The position numbers and the translations under genes were made by a program. The notes under the pieces were generated by a model that worked only from the letters and a program-made list of their open reading frames with translations, was not told the origin of the DNA and made no database searches. Shown piece by piece: positions 61,892 through 64,000 of a DNA stretch of 64,000 nt. This DNA is from an uncultured Gammaproteobacteria bacterium (GTDB taxonomy: Bacteria > Patescibacteriota > Patescibacteriia > Patescibacteriales > Patescibacteriaceae): positions 189,990 to 253,989 of the forward strand of contig CAZRDY010000002.1 of assembly GCA_964599395.1 (NCBI GenBank), given 5' to 3'. Every line of letters begins with the position of its first letter. The stretch's first letter is position 1.

Positions 61892-62494
61892 TTAAGACAT
61901 TTTTAAATAGCCCCGCTCATCAATTACTATAATCTTTTTGCTTTCGAGTAACGCATACAAGAAAACATCAGTCATCTGCTGTCGATAGCGGAACTCTTCT
62001 TCGGTCAAAACAGCGTAATTTACTTCATTAACTAATTCGTCTTCCAATTCTTTAATCAATTTAGCAACTTTATCTTTATTGAACTCACCTACTATAAGCA
62101 TATCAACCGGCGACTGTTTATCATTCAAAAATAATCCTGAAAGAACTAACAATTTGATTTGTCCCAATTTTCTCAATTTCTCGGTAAAATCTTTTTCAGA
62201 CAAGATCTGTCCTTTAATAATCAACTCACGTATTTCATTGAAAAGCACGAAATCCTTATTGGCTTGATAAAATTTACGGTCACTTCGTCCCCCGTCTTCA
62301 TGCTCCTCATCATTTCCTTGATGAGTGGTCAGTAAACCCATTGTTTCTAAGTTTTCAAGTTCGCGACGAACAGCATTAAGCTGTAAATTAAGATGACGCG
62401 AAACCTGCCGGATAAAGTAAGCGTTATCAGGATTCAAGAGGCACAATTTTAAAATTTTTACGCGCGCCACCGAGCCAAAAAGTTTTGCTAACAT
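61892..62494 (-). CDS. Winged-helix (ArsR-like) transcriptional regulator with extra C-terminal domain
   Basis: VARVKILKLCLLNPDNAYFIRQVSRHLNLQLNAVRRELENLETMGLL. ATG 62494 is preferred over TTG 62515. Confidence 0.6.
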   Translation of the reverse strand: MLAKLFGSVARVKILKLCLLNPDNAYFIRQVSRHLNLQLNAVRRELENLETMGLLTTHQGNDEEHEDGGRSDRKFYQANKDFVLFNEIRELIIKGQILSEKDFTEKLRKLGQIKLLVLSGLFLNDKQSPVDMLIVGEFNKDKVAKLIKELEDELVNEVNYAVLTEEEFRYRQQMTDVFLYALLESKKIIVIDERGYLKMS

Positions 62495-62583
62495 AGTACA
62501 GGCGGAAATCCGCAATTTTGTTGATTTTTAACGACTTTCATCGTATACTACTATTATACTCTCGTCAAATAGTGAATCAGCCT

Positions 62584-64000
62584 ATGAGCTACAAAGTGGC
62601 GCCTCTTACCGTGAATCCGCGTCAAAAATTAAATGTATCAAGTCGGGTGTTTGTCAGCCAGCCGTCGGCCGAGGAAGAACTTCTCGCCGGCCGGCTTTTT
62701 GTTTTGTTAGAGATTGAAGTTGAACGCCCGGAAGACATTCGTTTGGCTGATTTCATCATTGCGGATGCGTATCGACAGTATTATGAAAGTGAAATTTTCT
62801 TAATGCGTGAACGCATGGGCATTATTAAACCTGAAACTGTTTTTGAAGCCGCAGTAGCAAAACTTAATCGCAACTTGGCGGAAATTATCGAACAAGAAAA
62901 AATTCGCATCTCTTCAAGTGACCTTCACGCCACTGTCGGATTAATTCACGGCAATAAATTATTCTTCAGTCAGCTGGGTCAAGGTAAGGCTATTCTATTA
63001 TATAGACCAAAAAATAAGAACGGCGAAATGCTTGCCGATTACAGCTTGGTCGATATTACCGAAAAAACAAACGACCCGACCCAAGAGATTCCGCAAGCCA
63101 ATACTTTCTTTACAAATATTGTTGCCGGAGCTTTGCCCGCGCATGGTTATTTCTTTTTTGCCAATGAAGCCTTGTTCGAATACCTTACCAAGAAACAACT
63201 CACGGACATTATTACCACACTTCCACCTTCAGGCGCCGCCGAGCAAGTTAAGAACATGCTTGAGCAAACCAATGCCTTTGTCCCCTTCTTTGGCTTGATT
63301 ATTAAAAACACTACAGGAGAGAAAGACGCGTTTGCCGCACCGGCCGCGACATTCGGTTTACCGGGAACAATGCCGGTTGGCATGGGCCGATCATCAGTCA
63401 ATCAACTGAATCAAACTCAAGAAAAAACCGAGCAGCTCTTAAGTCCTTCAGGCATGGTTAATATTAAGAAGTGGCTTTCGAAACTTAGCCCAGTTTCAAA
63501 AAATATTAAAAGCTTTGCCAATGACAAAGCGCGCCAACTTAATATTGCCGGAGAGCGTTTGAGTCTTAAAAAGAAAATTGTGACACTAGGACAAGGTGCC
63601 GCTGCATTTCTTTCCGCATTGTTTATGCTAATTTGGAAAGGCGTCATCCAGCTTGCTCATTTGGTTTCAAGTCCTCAAGCGCGAAAAAATGCGCTCTCCG
63701 AAATTAAGCAAACTTCATTTCAAACAGCGCAAAAAGGCATAAGCGCAATTAATCGCTTTAATGGTTTAGATAAAAAAAGAAAAACCTTATTGGTTGTTAT
63801 CGGCATCTGCATAGTGGCTTTTCTCGGAAGTGTTGTGTATACCAGTGTAAGTTCGCGCCGCGCCGAAGCAAAAAAGCAAATTACAGCTTTGACCGAACAG
63901 TTCACTCAAAAAGAAAATCAACTTGAAGCTACGCTCTTATATAACAATCGCGAAGGCGCCAAGCAATTGCTCGACGAGATGAGCGGTTTAATTACACAAT
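62584..64000 (+). CDS. Large membrane-associated protein, 3'-truncated by window edge, unknown function
   Basis: Absent from the ORF track (no stop in window). My translation from ATG 62584 (MSYKVAPLTVNPRQKL...) is open to nt 64000 (472 codons). Hydrophobic segments at GAAAFLSALFMLIW and LLVVIGICIVAFLGSVVY. Coiled-coil-like after the second. Confidence 0.7.
   Translation, partial: MSYKVAPLTVNPRQKLNVSSRVFVSQPSAEEELLAGRLFVLLEIEVERPEDIRLADFIIADAYRQYYESEIFLMRERMGIIKPETVFEAAVAKLNRNLAEIIEQEKIRISSSDLHATVGLIHGNKLFFSQLGQGKAILLYRPKNKNGEMLADYSLVDITEKTNDPTQEIPQANTFFTNIVAGALPAHGYFFFANEALFEYLTKKQLTDIITTLPPSGAAEQVKNMLEQTNAFVPFFGLIIKNTTGEKDAFAAPAATFGLPGTMPVGMGRSSVNQLNQTQEKTEQLLSPSGMVNIKKWLSKLSPVSKNIKSFANDKARQLNIAGERLSLKKKIVTLGQGAAAFLSALFMLIWKGVIQLAHLVSSPQARKNALSEIKQTSFQTAQKGISAINRFNGLDKKRKTLLVVIGICIVAFLGSVVYTSVSSRRAEAKKQITALTEQFTQKENQLEATLLYNNREGAKQLLDEMSGLITQ

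Noticed and set aside
1-64000. CRISPR arrays, diversity-generating retroelement, prophage, IS transposase, rRNA, tmRNA/RNase P, riboswitches
   Set aside because: There are no regularly spaced direct repeats and no RT, integrase, transposase or capsid-like ORFs. All intergenic regions are shorter than about 180 nt and are accounted for by promoters, terminators or the tRNA. This was a visual scan only, so short or degenerate elements could have been missed.

Overview
AT-rich (about 40% GC by eye) bacterial chromosome segment using the standard genetic code: TGA acts as a stop, as in the ATGA stop/start overlap at 36644-36647. I call about 62 protein genes and one tRNA-Glu(CUC). I recognised no rRNA, CRISPR array, reverse transcriptase, integrase, transposase or phage structural gene.

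Gene content is dominated by the cell envelope:
- Seven GT4 glycosyltransferases, one GT2, a GT26-Nudix fusion, MurG, and one or two GT-C-like polytopic proteins.
- Wzy/O-antigen-ligase-like and Wzz-like proteins.
- MreB, MurB/C/G/F, FtsI, an FtsL-like protein and MraZ-RsmH.
- A MacAB/HlyD-type ABC exporter.
- Three secreted enzymes (S8 protease, M23 peptidase, a glycosidase-like protein) that share a C-terminal FG-GAP repeat module.

Housekeeping genes include clpB (consensus promoter overlapped by a CIRCE operator), def-fmt and tRNA-Glu. A plus-strand hydrolase/salvage operon follows the tRNA.

DUF4012 next to mreB, a short TsaB, FG-GAP exoenzymes and very compact same-strand operons resemble Patescibacteria/CPR (Parcubacteria-like) genomes. 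Taxonomy cannot be proven from this window.

Several TTG/GTG starts in the ORF track look a few codons too long. ATG starts just downstream give 1-4 nt stop/start junctions (mreB, DUF4012, second permease, rsmH, murB).

Items most worth follow-up:
1. A DUF559 endonuclease gene bracketed by 24-bp perfect inverted repeats, each with its own subterminal hairpin (38538-39004).
2. A 20-bp duplication of the tRNA-Glu 3' end (35949-36036).
3. A GT26(TagA/WecG)-Nudix fusion overlapping murG.
4. mreB embedded in an 11-kb DUF4012/glycosylation operon.
5. Orphan genes inserted into conserved operons; most have their own near-consensus promoter and/or hairpin terminator.
6. A Gram-negative-looking secreted trio inside the Wzy/Wzz locus.

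All functional calls come from motif recognition by eye. No database search was run.
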